64,000 nucleotides of DNA from Tubulanus polymorphus (taxonomy: Eukaryota > Animalia > Nemertea), in assembly GCF_964204645.1 (NCBI RefSeq), contig NC_134031.1:7440001-7504000 (forward strand). The letters are read 5' to 3'. A model generated the notes under the pieces. That model did no database searches. It had not been told where the DNA came from and worked only from the letters and a program-made list of their open reading frames with translations. Positions 1-28,700 of this stretch are shown here, one piece after another. Position 1 is the first letter of the stretch, and every line of letters starts with the position of its first letter. A program made the position numbers and the translations under genes.

Positions 1-540
1 ATAAATAATAAACAGTGACATTTGTAAAGTGCCTATTACATTGTGACCAATTTCCACCAGCGCATGGGCCAAGTTGTTACAGGTTGTAAGCTAATTCTAA
101 CAGGAAGGTTTTATGTGCTTGTTTGAAATCATTGAAATTGGGATTGTTCCTGAGGATATCATCCGAAGAGTTCAAGAAGGACACTTTAGTCTTTAGATTG
201 TATGAAACATGAGACAGCCATCTATTGTTATGTTACAATAAAACAGACAACAAGTCCTGGAGATAATGAAGAGCTAATCAATGCAAGCACTTACAAACTG
301 TATACATTATTTTTGGATTTTCGGGAATAAGTGGCACAAAAAATATACTTCTTACATATTTTGGTGTGTTCAAATTCAATGTTAAAATATAAAATTAATA
401 TTTCTAAAAAACCCCAAGATAATAAAGGCATAACAATTGCATTTTGAACAAAATATTCAAGGAATTCAAGCTTTTTGTTCCAAGGAATTCAGCTGGAGAA
501 AGGAATTAATTATGCAGAAATTGCCCATGATTGTTGATAC

Positions 541-16551
<16,011 letters not shown>

Positions 16552-17403
16552 CGAAAGTTGGTTCAGCACTACTTTATACCGTGATCGCGGTGTGAAATAC
16601 ACGTAGCCCGTACTTTTTTCGCTGTCACTTCCTCATTTCTGGGATTTTGTTTCCAGGAAATTATTTCCTGATAGATGGCAGCACATTGCTGCCACGGACC
16701 GGTGAAAGAACGGACTGCGTCGAATCTACTCGGTGCCAATATACCGGTACCTTTAATAATAGTGTTCATTGATCATGTGAAATTGGCATTCCATTTGGAA
16801 TTAATTTTAACATCTCACAAACAATTTTCATTAAACTGTACAGTTTGGCGATTTGATTTAAAGGATTGATCTCGAAAAATGTATGCGGAAAAATGTTCAA
16901 AATCTCAGACCATGGAGTAATCATTTTCTATTTGGGCATAACCCACTGGCCCACCTGGTTATTAACAAAAGATCCCTCTCCACATAGGCAGTCTAAAAAA
17001 CTTTCAGTGCTCTCAGCCTTCACATCATACTGCATAAAACTCTTAAAAACCGCCTGGGACCAGTAATTGTTCAAGTTGGTTAAAATAAATCATTGGGTAA
17101 ATACCTTGGTAACAATCCGGTTTTAAGTCATCATATCCACTGGTTATATTCATCAAACTTTTAAGCAATAGACCCTGTATACCACTTTAAGTTGGAGAAC
17201 CCTTTGGATAGGTGAAAATCGAAATTGAAGATCATCATGAACATATGGCCAGAACTCAAAATTGAAAGAAAAATAGAAACAGTTGGAAGTCATATAGACA
17301 TATTTATTAAAAACATTTCTTCATACACAAAATATCACACACCAATTGAAAGTTACATACTCGCTCACACCCACAATATGACCATAAAAACAAATCGTAC
17401 TTT

Positions 17404-20381
17404 TCATCCAAACATATCAAAATCATCGCGCTGAAACAGAAAACACAAACGTTTTTCATGTTCTCAGTAAAAAATGAAGATATGCAAATATTATTGGATT
17501 ATAAAAATCTGTTAAAACTGCATAGTTTTTTTTTGTTAGTTCATAAAAAGATTAAACCTACCATTTCATTGTATTCAAGCACCTTCCTTCTGATAGCAGA
17601 TGTGTCTGTCCAAGTAACAAAATCTTCCATATTTCTGTGATAAAAATATATCATTATAACCATTACAATTTATATATTAGATTTGGACAGCACATGCAAG
17701 GAAACAATAAACAACTGAAAGATATAGATATGTAGAAATTGTGCTTACCGGGTGACTAGAAATGCTGGATCTGTGACAGCTTCAGGACCGACTCTAACAT
17801 CTGTATTCACGAATAATTAAAGTAGCAAACACACTTTTATCATTTTAGAAAAATACCCATCTAAAATCACAGGAAGATAACCCTGTCAATCCTGCAGATG
17901 TGGATGATTGAATTTCATGCAGTTTTTTCATCCCTAATTCAAGGATTTAACAGATAGTTAAGTAGGTATCAACCTACAGTCTGATATTACGTACGCATTA
18001 GGGGAGGGATAAGTGCGATTGCGTACTGTAATGCTTAAAGGGGAACTGTAGTGAAAAATCTTGTATCTATATGTGTTAGAAACCTTTATAAACACATTTT
18101 CAAAACAGCAGAAAAACATTTCATCTAATACTTTATCCAAAAAAGAGGTGTTTTGTAGAGTGACTGGCCACCACCATTTTCTCCACGTAGCAGACGCTTT
18201 TCTCTCGGCTGTGACGTAGTTCGGCCCACTTCGATACGTGTTACTGCTGCTATTCATAGTGTTTTCATCATTTTAAGTCCAATAACAGTTCTAAACTGCA
18301 GCATGATGCCACATCAGCAATTATTTGGATATGTTTCACACAGTGAGTGGATAAATAAAAGTAAAGACCCCACTGGCAGCCCAGCAGGAGTATTTAAATC
18401 GCAACTTTCAACTGAGATCTTCAATGAGTGTACATATCTATTTGTGTACACACTGGAGTGTGTGATGCGTCATCAATGTTTACATGCCTCACTTTGGAAT
18501 TTAAATATGGCGGCTCTCATCTTTCGTAAATTCTGCTGATAACAATATCAAAATCGTTGTATACAAGTTAATTAGGAAGAATTGGAAATTTCAACTAGCA
18601 TTATGCTAAATTATAGCAAGAGTAGAAATGAATGGCCAATTATAATTTTTTGACTGCAGTTCCCCTTTTATGTATATGAAAAATGACCGATTTTGCGTAC
18701 AGGGGGGTTGAAAAAGTCAAATTTCATTCGTACGTAAATTAATAAATGAATGATCCCAAGGCGAAATGTCTACTAGTAAACAAAAAATCGAGCAAAAGGA
18801 TACGCCCGGATTCGATATAAGTGACAGCAGCTTTCAGAGTCTCGGCCATATGATTTCGAACCATCACAACTGGGAGTCTACGTCTACAGAATGATGACGC
18901 TGTTACTTTGTCGACGAGTCCGAGATTCTTCTTTGTTGGTATTAAACCCATCGTATGCCTAAAACAAGTCAAGTTTATTCGCGTTCATACAAATTGGAAT
19001 GGATGGTCCATAGTATGGTTTAACTCACTAATCTAAATAGGTGGGTCAGAAATTAAATTCCTTACAATTTTTCCAATAGCTGAGCCGTAGACTCTGTTCT
19101 GAATGGATCTTTTTGGTCACATTCTTTAATCTTTCTAGCAACTTCTCTGATGTGCCGAGACAATTTATTGTATCTGAAATGAAAGAAAAATAGGTACATT
19201 AGGTGTATTCTGAAAATATCAGAGGCATCAAAACTTTTATTGGTGCACGTAAGACATGCGTCAATGTATTCTGTGTTTAATGACAAAAAGTAAGTTTGCA
19301 TTTAGAGAATTAACACCACATCCCCCCGGCTGCGGCAAGGAATGCAAAATTCAACGAAAATTGATTCTCCAATGAAATTCCCGATGTACCTTCTTCGACT
19401 TTTTATCAATTTATTCTTAAATAATAACAATCACTTATTGATTAGGAAGAATCATAGCTTCAGTGGTATATATATTGCTTTATTGCAACCTGTGCCTGTT
19501 GTGGTTCCTCAGTACACGCGCAGCAGTGACCAGTGAATAGGCAGGCAGAGCAGATTAGCGCGAACCAGCCACTTTCTCAGGACTGGGCAGGCGCGTTGGG
19601 AGCAATTTTAGATTGCCAAGGAGAATTTACTACAATTTTGTAAAAAACATGGTTCTCAAAGAGAAAAACATCATTCAGTAAATTATTGCCGCGGCTTTCA
19701 CCGCTGCACTTCCAACGCCACTACTACTTACTAGTGCTGGGACGGTGAAATTTAAGTCAAGAGGATTTTAGACCTATGGCAAACCGAACCGGCAAAATAA
19801 CAGGGTCCGATCTAAGCACTTGTCCAATTACGCGGGACAAGTATATTCTCATCAGGGCAAGTAGGTTATCATTATCATTTGTCCCCAGGGCTAGTGCAAT
19901 TTTTTATGTCACAAAGCTTTTTTTCCTACTCGATACAACGGATGATAGTGCCACCAATCGGACTGCCTGTGTAGGTCAAGAAGCTTTTAGAGGGGCAAGC
20001 GAAATTTCAGATATGCTTGCCACGCGGGCAAGTGGCTTTCATTCCTTAGATCAAACCCTGAAATAACCACTTCCTATCATTCAATATTTTCCAGTATCAA
20101 AGCGTATATATCATATTGCAAAACTAACAAACAAATCATGCTGTGTCGAACAAAGTGTGTTTATTGAATTTGACTTTAGTCATATTGGTCGTTGAAGTAA
20201 CACGAAAATCGCCATATGAGAACAAAATCCCATCTATTACTTACTTCGTATAATCTTCCCTCTTTTGTATGTAGTATTTCTTGAGGACTCGAACCTCGTG
20301 TAAATTGTTGTCGATCTCCCACGAGATAAAATCGACTTTTTTCAGTAGTTTTTGCTCGTGGAACTTCAACTTTCGCACCAT
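17404..20381 (-). CDS. IMP3: U3 small nucleolar ribonucleoprotein protein IMP3 (183 aa, complete)
   Basis: Exons 20381-20245 ([27 protein letters not shown]), 19173-19066, 18958-18804 ([12 protein letters not shown]), 17800-17749 ([18 protein letters not shown]), 17634-17562 (NMEDFVTW), 17430-17404 (RDDFDMFG*). Total 552 nt, all phases consistent. Confidence 0.97.
17801..18803 (-). other. U12-type (minor spliceosome) GT-AG intron of IMP3
   Basis: 5' splice site GTATCCTTTT. Branch-like ACTTTAAT lies ~15 nt from the 3' AG with no polypyrimidine tract. Confidence 0.8.
18039..18666. mobile_element. Kolobok-like MITE nested in another MITE (17985-18757; intact relative at ~33158-33323)
   Basis: TTAA|AGGGGAACTGTAGT...ACTGCAGTTCCCCT|TTTA. 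The flanks rejoin to the TAATGCTTAATGTATA seen (reverse strand) in the uninterrupted copy near 33245. Confidence 0.65.
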
Positions 20382-20903
20382 CTTGGTTTTTTCGATGTTC
20401 GAAACTTCCAACCGAAACGCTGGAAAATAAATCGGCGCCCACTACTATGATTTCAACATAATAACAGCATTCACATCGTTGATTCAGTCTAATTTATTTT
20501 CTCATATGATTAAAGTATATTTATTCATTCAATTTACGACTGGTCGAGGTCTAAGTAGAAACCCTCTTTCAACAATAAGTTTTAAACTTACGTTACGCCT
20601 CGACAACAAGTTGTTTGGATTCCTACGATTTGTAGAGTTAAACAGGTTTATTTCATTATTAGAGAGGTATGTTCATGCGTCGAATTTAGATACCAGATAT
20701 TAATGCAATGATATGTCTTGGTCTGTCTTGGAATCGAAAGATAATATTTACGATAAAGCGTGACACTGGAAGGAAGCTGTGATGATGGGTGCGGCAGTAT
20801 ATTTCCATTCCACTCCCTACAGGACCGAGTCAGTGACTGTCCAGTGTCGGTGTCTCTACTGAATGTCAGTTATACTATGTCTTTTACTAACCCTAACCTA
20901 CAA

Positions 20904-21269
20904 ACCTGATAGAAGTCTTATTAGGACCGGAAAGCATTGGCAGCTGACCTAGAATATTGATTTTCAATCAACTCTTCACTTTATTGAAGGATATCCCAAA
21001 ATTCTTCATTGAAAGGGGTTTATGAGAGAAAAGAGACTCCATGATTTGAAAGTTTTACAATATGTTTCCATGCCTAAATTCCAAATTTCAGTTAGTAGGC
21101 ATGGAAACATATTGTTAAACTTTCAAATCATGAAGACTCTTTTCTCTCATGAACACCCTTTCAATGCAGACTTTTTGCAATCTCTGCAATAAAGTGAAGA
21201 TTGGATTAAAAATCAATGTTTTTGGTCCACTGCCAGTGCTTTCTTGTCCTAATAAGACTTCTATCAGGT
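20904..21269. repeat. Long imperfect palindrome / foldback MITE
   Basis: Two ~172-bp inverted arms (ACCTGATAGAAGTCTTATTAGGAC...TTTCCATGCCTA) around a ~20-nt loop. Confidence 0.88.
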
Positions 21270-21870
21270 AGGCCCTATGTACCTCCAAAACTGACAGCTA
21301 AGCCACCTGAAATACTCTCAAGTCAAGTTGAAATAGACATAAGTAGTCCGGACCTTTTGACTCGGACTATCTGAACCACAAAAAGCAGTCATGCTCAGTG
21401 GATTCAGTAAATCATGATGATGATAGAGGACAGTAAGACAGTGAGTGTGTAAATTTCATTGCCATATTGTTTGTATGAATATTTCTTACCAAATAAGTTG
21501 TAACTATATTCTAACCCAAACACAAACATCATTATTATTACTATATCAATTTATTACTAATTGTCTGTAGCCTATGTCTATTTGCGCACAGCCATACACT
21601 TTTGTTTCACCGGTTGATGCTGAGTTATTTGGCAGGAGGAAGAAGAATCCTACCTTTGTCCGCACGTTCAATTACCTTTTTAATTGATCTGTTAATTGTA
21701 AAAATATGCTTTTGATCACAGGCCTTTATGGGTTGATAAAATAGAACTAGTGCCATATATTGGCTAAATATCCATATCCTAAATAGAAGCATTCATCCTG
21801 ATTAATGTACGGGAGAATATCAGGTTTTACTGGCCAATTATTAGAATTGACTGAATGGATGAGCAGTAAA

Positions 21871-22158
21871 CCCTTTCAATGCATCTACATTGCAATGCGG
21901 TGTATAAATCGGTGATGGATTTTGCTAGTACATCGCACTGTGGTGTATTGATGTAATTAGTTATTAGTTTTTATCTCTATTGAAAGATGGCAGCACCTGT
22001 CAAACATAGTGAAATAGTAACTAACGATACACCGCACCGTGGTGTAGACGCACTATAGTGGTATTCCCGTTAGGCCTATTCAACATACTATGGTGGAATT
22101 TTTCAAAATTTTAGGATTATCTCCACTAAAGGGTATTAATTAGTCGGCACTGAAAGGG
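21871..22158. mobile_element. piggyBac-like MITE
   Basis: CCCTTTCAATGC...GCACTGAAAGGG termini. TTAA on the right side, degenerate TAAA on the left. Confidence 0.5.
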
Positions 22159-22735
22159 TTAAACTAAACCATCAATTTTGAATCTTTATATGTATTTGAA
22201 ACTTAAAACAGTCTTCTCTTTGCTGAAGTTTAATCAAGCAGGCTAGAGAAAAAATGTTTACCTGTAAACTAGGTTTTCATTCCTATACAGTGTTCTCCAC
22301 AACAGGTTTAGAGGGGTAGCTACCCCTTTAATTTACCCCCTCTGAAATAGCCTGCCACCTTGATAAAATATCTGCTGTGCCTACCAGAAGATTACTAATA
22401 GGGCCTACAACAAAATTAAGCTTTAAGTTTCTGCATTTTTGGCGGATTTAAAGCTTTGCTATTTAAGCAGCCCTGATATCATACACCAGAATGCAGCCCC
22501 TTTAGAAGTACAACACATTGAGAGCACTGCTACAAACCTTAATTTTGATTATCTTAAAAAAAGATTGCTGTTTGTAGGCATGAAAACAGTTCGATATATG
22601 TTTAATAGGGTTCAGGTTAGGCTACATTATTGCCGGTGTATGGTGTCACTAATCCTTCACCATGTTTTTACCGGAACATGAATATAGTCGCTATATCAAA
22701 CTGGTTTTTTTTCAACTTAATAGTTTCAGTGAAAG

Positions 22736-25700
22736 ATGAGTCAGCCACCACCTCCAGTGACTCAACAACCACCACCCGTTGGTTTCGCCCAGCCTGGTCA
22801 ACCGGGTTATGGGGCACCACCGCCTGGATATGGTCAGCCACCACCCGCCGGGTACGGACAGCCACCACCGCCCGCAGCTTATGGACAGCAACCAGTCGGA
22901 TATGGACAACCGCCACCTGGGTATGGTCAGCCTCCACCCGGGTATGGCCAGCCACAGCCCGGTTATGGGGCACCACCTATGCCACCTCCGGGTAAGAATA
23001 ACAATTACTGACATTTATACGCTTAATATTCCTATGGGTCTATCAATTCAAATGTACCCTAAAGCCTATACCTCGCTTGTATTATTTATTTCAAACCAGA
23101 TAATTGAAATAAATCGACTCCTAAGGCCTTGTGCTAGTGGTCTGGAGCCGGTTGCATAATCATGGCTTAGATTTAAGACTATCTTTATTCTTAGTTCTAT
23201 AGACTATGGAACTAAGAATAAAGATTGCCTAGATTGACCGTAATAGTCAATCTAACAACTTAAAACCCAGTCTTAAGATTCGAGGTCTACTTTAGATTGA
23301 AGTCACCACTGTACAACTTGGCCCAGGAGTCATTTATCAGGATAGCCAATACCTTTTGGGTCGAGAGAAATGTGTCTTTCTGTGGGACGTGTAGCAAAAT
23401 ACTGTTCTACGTTAATGACGTAGCGCCCAAAGCTTTACACTAACCGCACCCTCATATTGCTGTGCAAGATCAAAATATATTGTACTGGTTTATGCTTTTG
23501 AAATATTTTCTTAAAGTTATGGCATTGAAATGTTGTAGTAGGCCCTATGTGTTAAGCCAGGTTTCCTTCTGATGAAAGAATGCCTGGGATTTTTTTCTTA
23601 ACTTTTCTTTATGGATGTATATATTTAGGTGGCCGGCCTCCAACGCAGTGGATGACCAGACCTCAGGTACCTGGATGTCCGCCTGGTTTAGAGTATTTGA
23701 CTCAAATTGATCAGCTTCTTGTGCATCAACAAGTTGAACTATTGGAAGGCAAGTACATACTCATTGGCGTCGGAAAAATCGAGCCCAGTCCAACATGTTA
23801 TGTTTGAGCTCATCATTGGCTAAGTAGTCAAAATACTTAGTACTTAAAACAATCAACCTGATAAAACCTAGTGAAGAAGTGACAAATTTCTGACCCAATC
23901 ACCCAATTCATACATACTTTATGAATGGGTGGTTCCAGGAAAGTCAGTTTCAACACGCGTAAAATGTTGGCAACCCTGTCGGATAAAATTAAAGCTTGAA
24001 AATCAATTGAATTCAATTAAAACCATCAGCATTAAAAAAGGAGTAGATTGTCTTGTTTTGGTTTACATGTTAGGAGCAAGTGTTAACCCTCTTGCTGCAG
24101 ATCTTGCAATTTTGCGAGTATTGGATAAACGTCACTCAACCCGAGACTTATGTAGTTCTCATAACAGTAGTGTTTTTTGTAACTTTCGAAACCCCTTGTT
24201 GTATTGATTAAGTGGCTGTTAGGTTTTGGTATAGATATAGGCCTACTGATATTAGAAACATTGCGTTTTCTGTTTCCGTTGATAGTGATTATATCGCCGA
24301 TGCTGCTTCAGATTCAAACCCAGAAGTGAAAGTATAAACCCAGAAGTGAAAGTATAAACTATATTGAAAGCACGTGCTCCCCCCTAAAAGTGTCAGTAGA
24401 AAAATGTGGACCAACCTTTTATCACATTGTGCCTTGATACAATTTTTTTCTCTTTTGAAAACTAGAGGAAAATGATGCTGAGAAATATTTTACTTGTTGA
24501 CTGAAGTGAACTTTAGCTTTGAATATGTCTCAATCAAGTCAAGTGATTTGTGAAAATGGTTTATTCATTTATTTAGGCTAGCTAACATTTTTAGGGCAGT
24601 CGTAGGCTGAGCCTATTACTATACAAATGGAGCAAATTTAGATGACATGGTTTCCTGAGCTAAGGCTCCGGCTTCATTCATGCTCCCCCCCCCCCTAAGT
24701 CACCGCCTGGATCCACCCATGTAAGTAAAATAGTTTTGGCAATAAACTGCAAAAATCTGTCAGAAATAGATATACCATGTATGTTCATTGTGGAGTTTAT
24801 CTAGCATGATATAGTTGCTTGCCCGCTATCCTTTTATATGCTGGCATTGATTTCATGTTCAATAAAACCAGTTTTAATGAAGGGATTCACATGAAAATAG
24901 GCGGGATTCGCTCGGCAGAAGCTGCCGTTTTATTTATAGCTTTCATGTGAATTTCATTTTTTATATAAGCTGAATGACGCTCAAAGCTGAAATTGAGAAC
25001 ATTTTACTTTCTCTTAGCCTTGTTTCCTTTGAGGATGAATTTCAATCAATGATTGATTGATTGAAGTAATAAGAAAATCGGATGGTCGTTGTTCACACTT
25101 GTAATTATGATAACTAGAGTAATACCCGTGGAAACCACAGGTGATTGCCTTTGGTCCAGAACTTCTAACTGTTCAATTTATTCGCAATGGAATTAAGTCG
25201 GGCCATTTAAAATCTATGTGTCCATGCGCGTGGAGACCCTATGAGCTTTGATGACCTGTACCCGTGGATACCAGGAACTATAGGAGGTAAACAAAATATG
25301 TAGGTAGTGCGTGGGTAGTGCGCAGGACTCAAACTTCTGACCCATCAGGTGCCAGTCTTGTATTCTACTAACTGGGCCATTGTGACGGCATAGTGATACA
25401 GTGGTGTAGAATTGTTTTGTTGCAGTAAGCGCCTATAATTAGAATTCCTGCTTACTGATTAGTTGAAATGTTGTCTGCCTCCGTTTGGCACCCCTTTAAA
25501 TATTTTCACACCCGTTTATACCCGTTGCATTAGTTTATACAATGATTGACTACCATACAAAATTTCTAGGTCGAATTCTTCTCCACGGCGACGCTATTTG
25601 GTACATAGTTTCGTATTAATATATAGATGCTCGCGACCTCTAGTGCTGGTAACACAAAGTCAATTGCTATTTAGTCGAATGACTTTTTCGAGCGATATGA

Positions 25701-28700
25701 TAATTACATTGTCCATAACAATAAAAGAATGAGCCCTGATGATTTTTGCGAAAAATTGGCCTGGTTCTTGACATTTTGCAATCTAGGGTATGAGTTGTGA
25801 TATATGTAATCAGTATAATAAAGAGTTTATTGAATTATGTAAATCTGTTGACAGGAAACAGTTGGTCTGGCAATAAACAAAATGTGGTGCATGCGTTATG
25901 TGGCTCTAATCAAATATCCTCGGTTTCATTGGTATTTTAATGCAATAATAATAACAATAATATCTCGACTTAGCGCCTGTTTCATTCACAAACTAATGAT
26001 TGAGAAAGGGCGCTATCTAGGTATCCCTAGGGAAGAGCGCCTATGTAGCAGATGTGGAGTAGTAGAAAATGAGTTCCACTTTGTGATGGAGTGTGCAAAA
26101 TTTGATAACTTAAGAACAGACCTGTTGAATAAATTTTATAACCAATTTCCTAACATGTCGAATGTAAATGATAAAGACAAATTTGTAATTATAATGTCCT
26201 CTATAGAAATGGCCTAATATTTAGGGAAATACATTGAAATACATTAACACTATCTGAGTCTGTAATGTTACGTCGCAGTATCCATTATCGGCATTAATAA
26301 TTAATGAAACTTTGACTGATTCACTTACTGAAAACCTGTTTACATCGTGTGTATATGTATATTAAACTGTCATTGTTTATGTTTTATTTTATCACCCGGT
26401 CTTTATTGTACTTAATCTTATAATGTTTAACTACGTCACGGAACAATAAAGAATTAATTGAATTGAATTGAATTGTTCACCAGCGCTGTCATACCATAAG
26501 ATTATTATTACTTAGGACCTTAACTGACAATAGCCGCGATCACATGGAGATGATTTGGCCCAGGCCAAATTGGCATGGATCAGGCTCCGGCCAAATTTGG
26601 CCCATGCCTAATTAGAGAGTGCGTTCACACGCAAACCATTCACTCGATACTAAACAATACCCAAACAAAGTGAAGTGGGTCATTTCCGGTGCCAGTTGCA
26701 ATTCAAACGCAACAATTGTCTGGAGCTAAAATTTGGCTCAGGCCTGGTCCAACGTTTTTGGTTAGGCCGAATTTGGCCTGGGCCAAACAGGCTCGGGCCC
26801 ATTTGGCACCCCTGTGAACAGTTGCTCGTGTGATCGCGGCTATAGACTTTCATCTACCCCCTGGGGAGATTGTAGTTCCTGATCTGCACTTCAGCAATAC
26901 AAGGTACTATGTCTGTCCAGTAGCAAATGTGAATTATTGCCTTGTCTAAGGGCACTACAGAACAGCCGGGGTTCGAACACGCAATCTCCCGATTGGGATG
27001 CCCATGCCTTAACCATTCCGCCACACTGCTCCACAATAATACAAGAGTTATGTTCAGATATACGTTTACAATTGAGACATTATGGAGCATTTGCTGTTGT
27101 ATAATTGTAGGCAGATTTGTTGAAAGTACCTTGTCTGCTCTTTAAAGGAAGCCATACGTGTTGTTGATATACAAGATAGTTTTTTCATGATTTTGACTTA
27201 TAATGTTGAATTACGACTTAGGCCTATTATTTTGAAATTTGACTTATTAAGTCAGAATTGGACTTATGTTGAAATTTGTTCAATCAGAATTTCGAGTTAA
27301 TTATGTCGATAGATATTTTTATGTCGGATTTTGAGTTGATTTTTCGAGTTATTTTTATGTCAAATTTCTGGTTTAAAACGAGTAAAGTCTTGGCATGATA
27401 ACTTGAATTTTGACATTATAAGTCCATCATCAACGTGATAAGTTAAGTTTCAATATGAAAAAAAAGTCAAAATCATGAAAACTCATATATAACCTACGGG
27501 CTCCGTACTGAGCATACGTGGGGCTAAGAAGATTAGATTTATTTTTGGTTCAGTGATTCAGCATGACTTTTGAATGATGCTGTCAGAAGCATATGGGGCT
27601 TAATGTCTTGGACTTCAATAAGACCCCAAAATCTGAAATACCCATATAGTTAAAGGCACAAAAAGGGTGCAATTTAATTTTTTTTAAATATTAAAAGGAG
27701 AAATTTCTGCAAAACAAATGCACAATTTTGTCAAAAATTCAGGAAAGGATATCTCCCACTTTCTTGCTCTAGAAATATTTGCTAGGACCCTTAGATCTTG
27801 CCCATTGAGAAATAGCTGTGGACTTGTGCCCATGAAGGGATGAATGGACTGATAGGTGAAATGACAGTTAAGACTTATTTAGCGCTGAAGTGGGTTCGTC
27901 CGGCATTAAATGCCGCATCTATTAGGTTTGGTATTTCTCGGTTGAGGAATTTCAATCCAGTTCTATTAGGCACAGTATTTCGATGCTGTAATAAGCCTTG
28001 AATATTTTCATTGTGTGAATGCTAAACACCATTTCTAACTCCTTATATGAAAGCAGTTTATCAAAGCATATAGCTTGACTGATGGATAGCTCACTTTTTG
28101 TACGTTGATATAATCTAAAAACAATATTCAATATTTTGATGAAAGTACAATACTTCTACAGTTGTAGGTTAAGATTTCACTTGCAGTAATCTAATGACAG
28201 TGTGAATTGATTGCATTCACTCTTCAACTGTTTCGTGTGATTGACATCGCAAGATCTGATGAACCCATTCTACCAGTCTGTAGCCATTAAATTCATGCAT
28301 GAATTGCAGATGCTCAATTGCTCTGGAAAAACCATTTATGCTTTCAAAATCGCAAATTCTGAAAAATCACAAATTAAATGTCTTATCCCCTGCTAAAGTG
28401 CAGCAATTATCACTAACCTTTAGTAACTGTAGGACTAGTTCTGGTTCATTATAACAATTCTTTGCAGTCTTTTGGCTCTTAAATATTGCTAGGTTGTCTG
28501 ATTAGGGAGATGTTTCTTCAAATTAATTACCCCAATTGCACTACAAAGTACATATATTATTCTTAGGGCAGCACTTTCTGGCTGCAATTTTGACAATTCA
28601 ATTAGGCCTAATATGTTATTGCACAAATCTTGTCAAAAACAAGCCTTACATGTCAAAAACAAGCTTTACAAGGAAATTGTACAGAAATAAGGGTATCGGT

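Noticed and set aside
22630-23159. Multiple overlapping ORFs on both strands
   Set aside because: Shadows of the GC-rich repetitive Pro/Gly/Tyr exon of the scramblase.
26959-27032. Possible tRNA-Gly gene
   Set aside because: Anticodon and T stems are mispaired and it runs into a SINE core, so it is treated as a SINE head.
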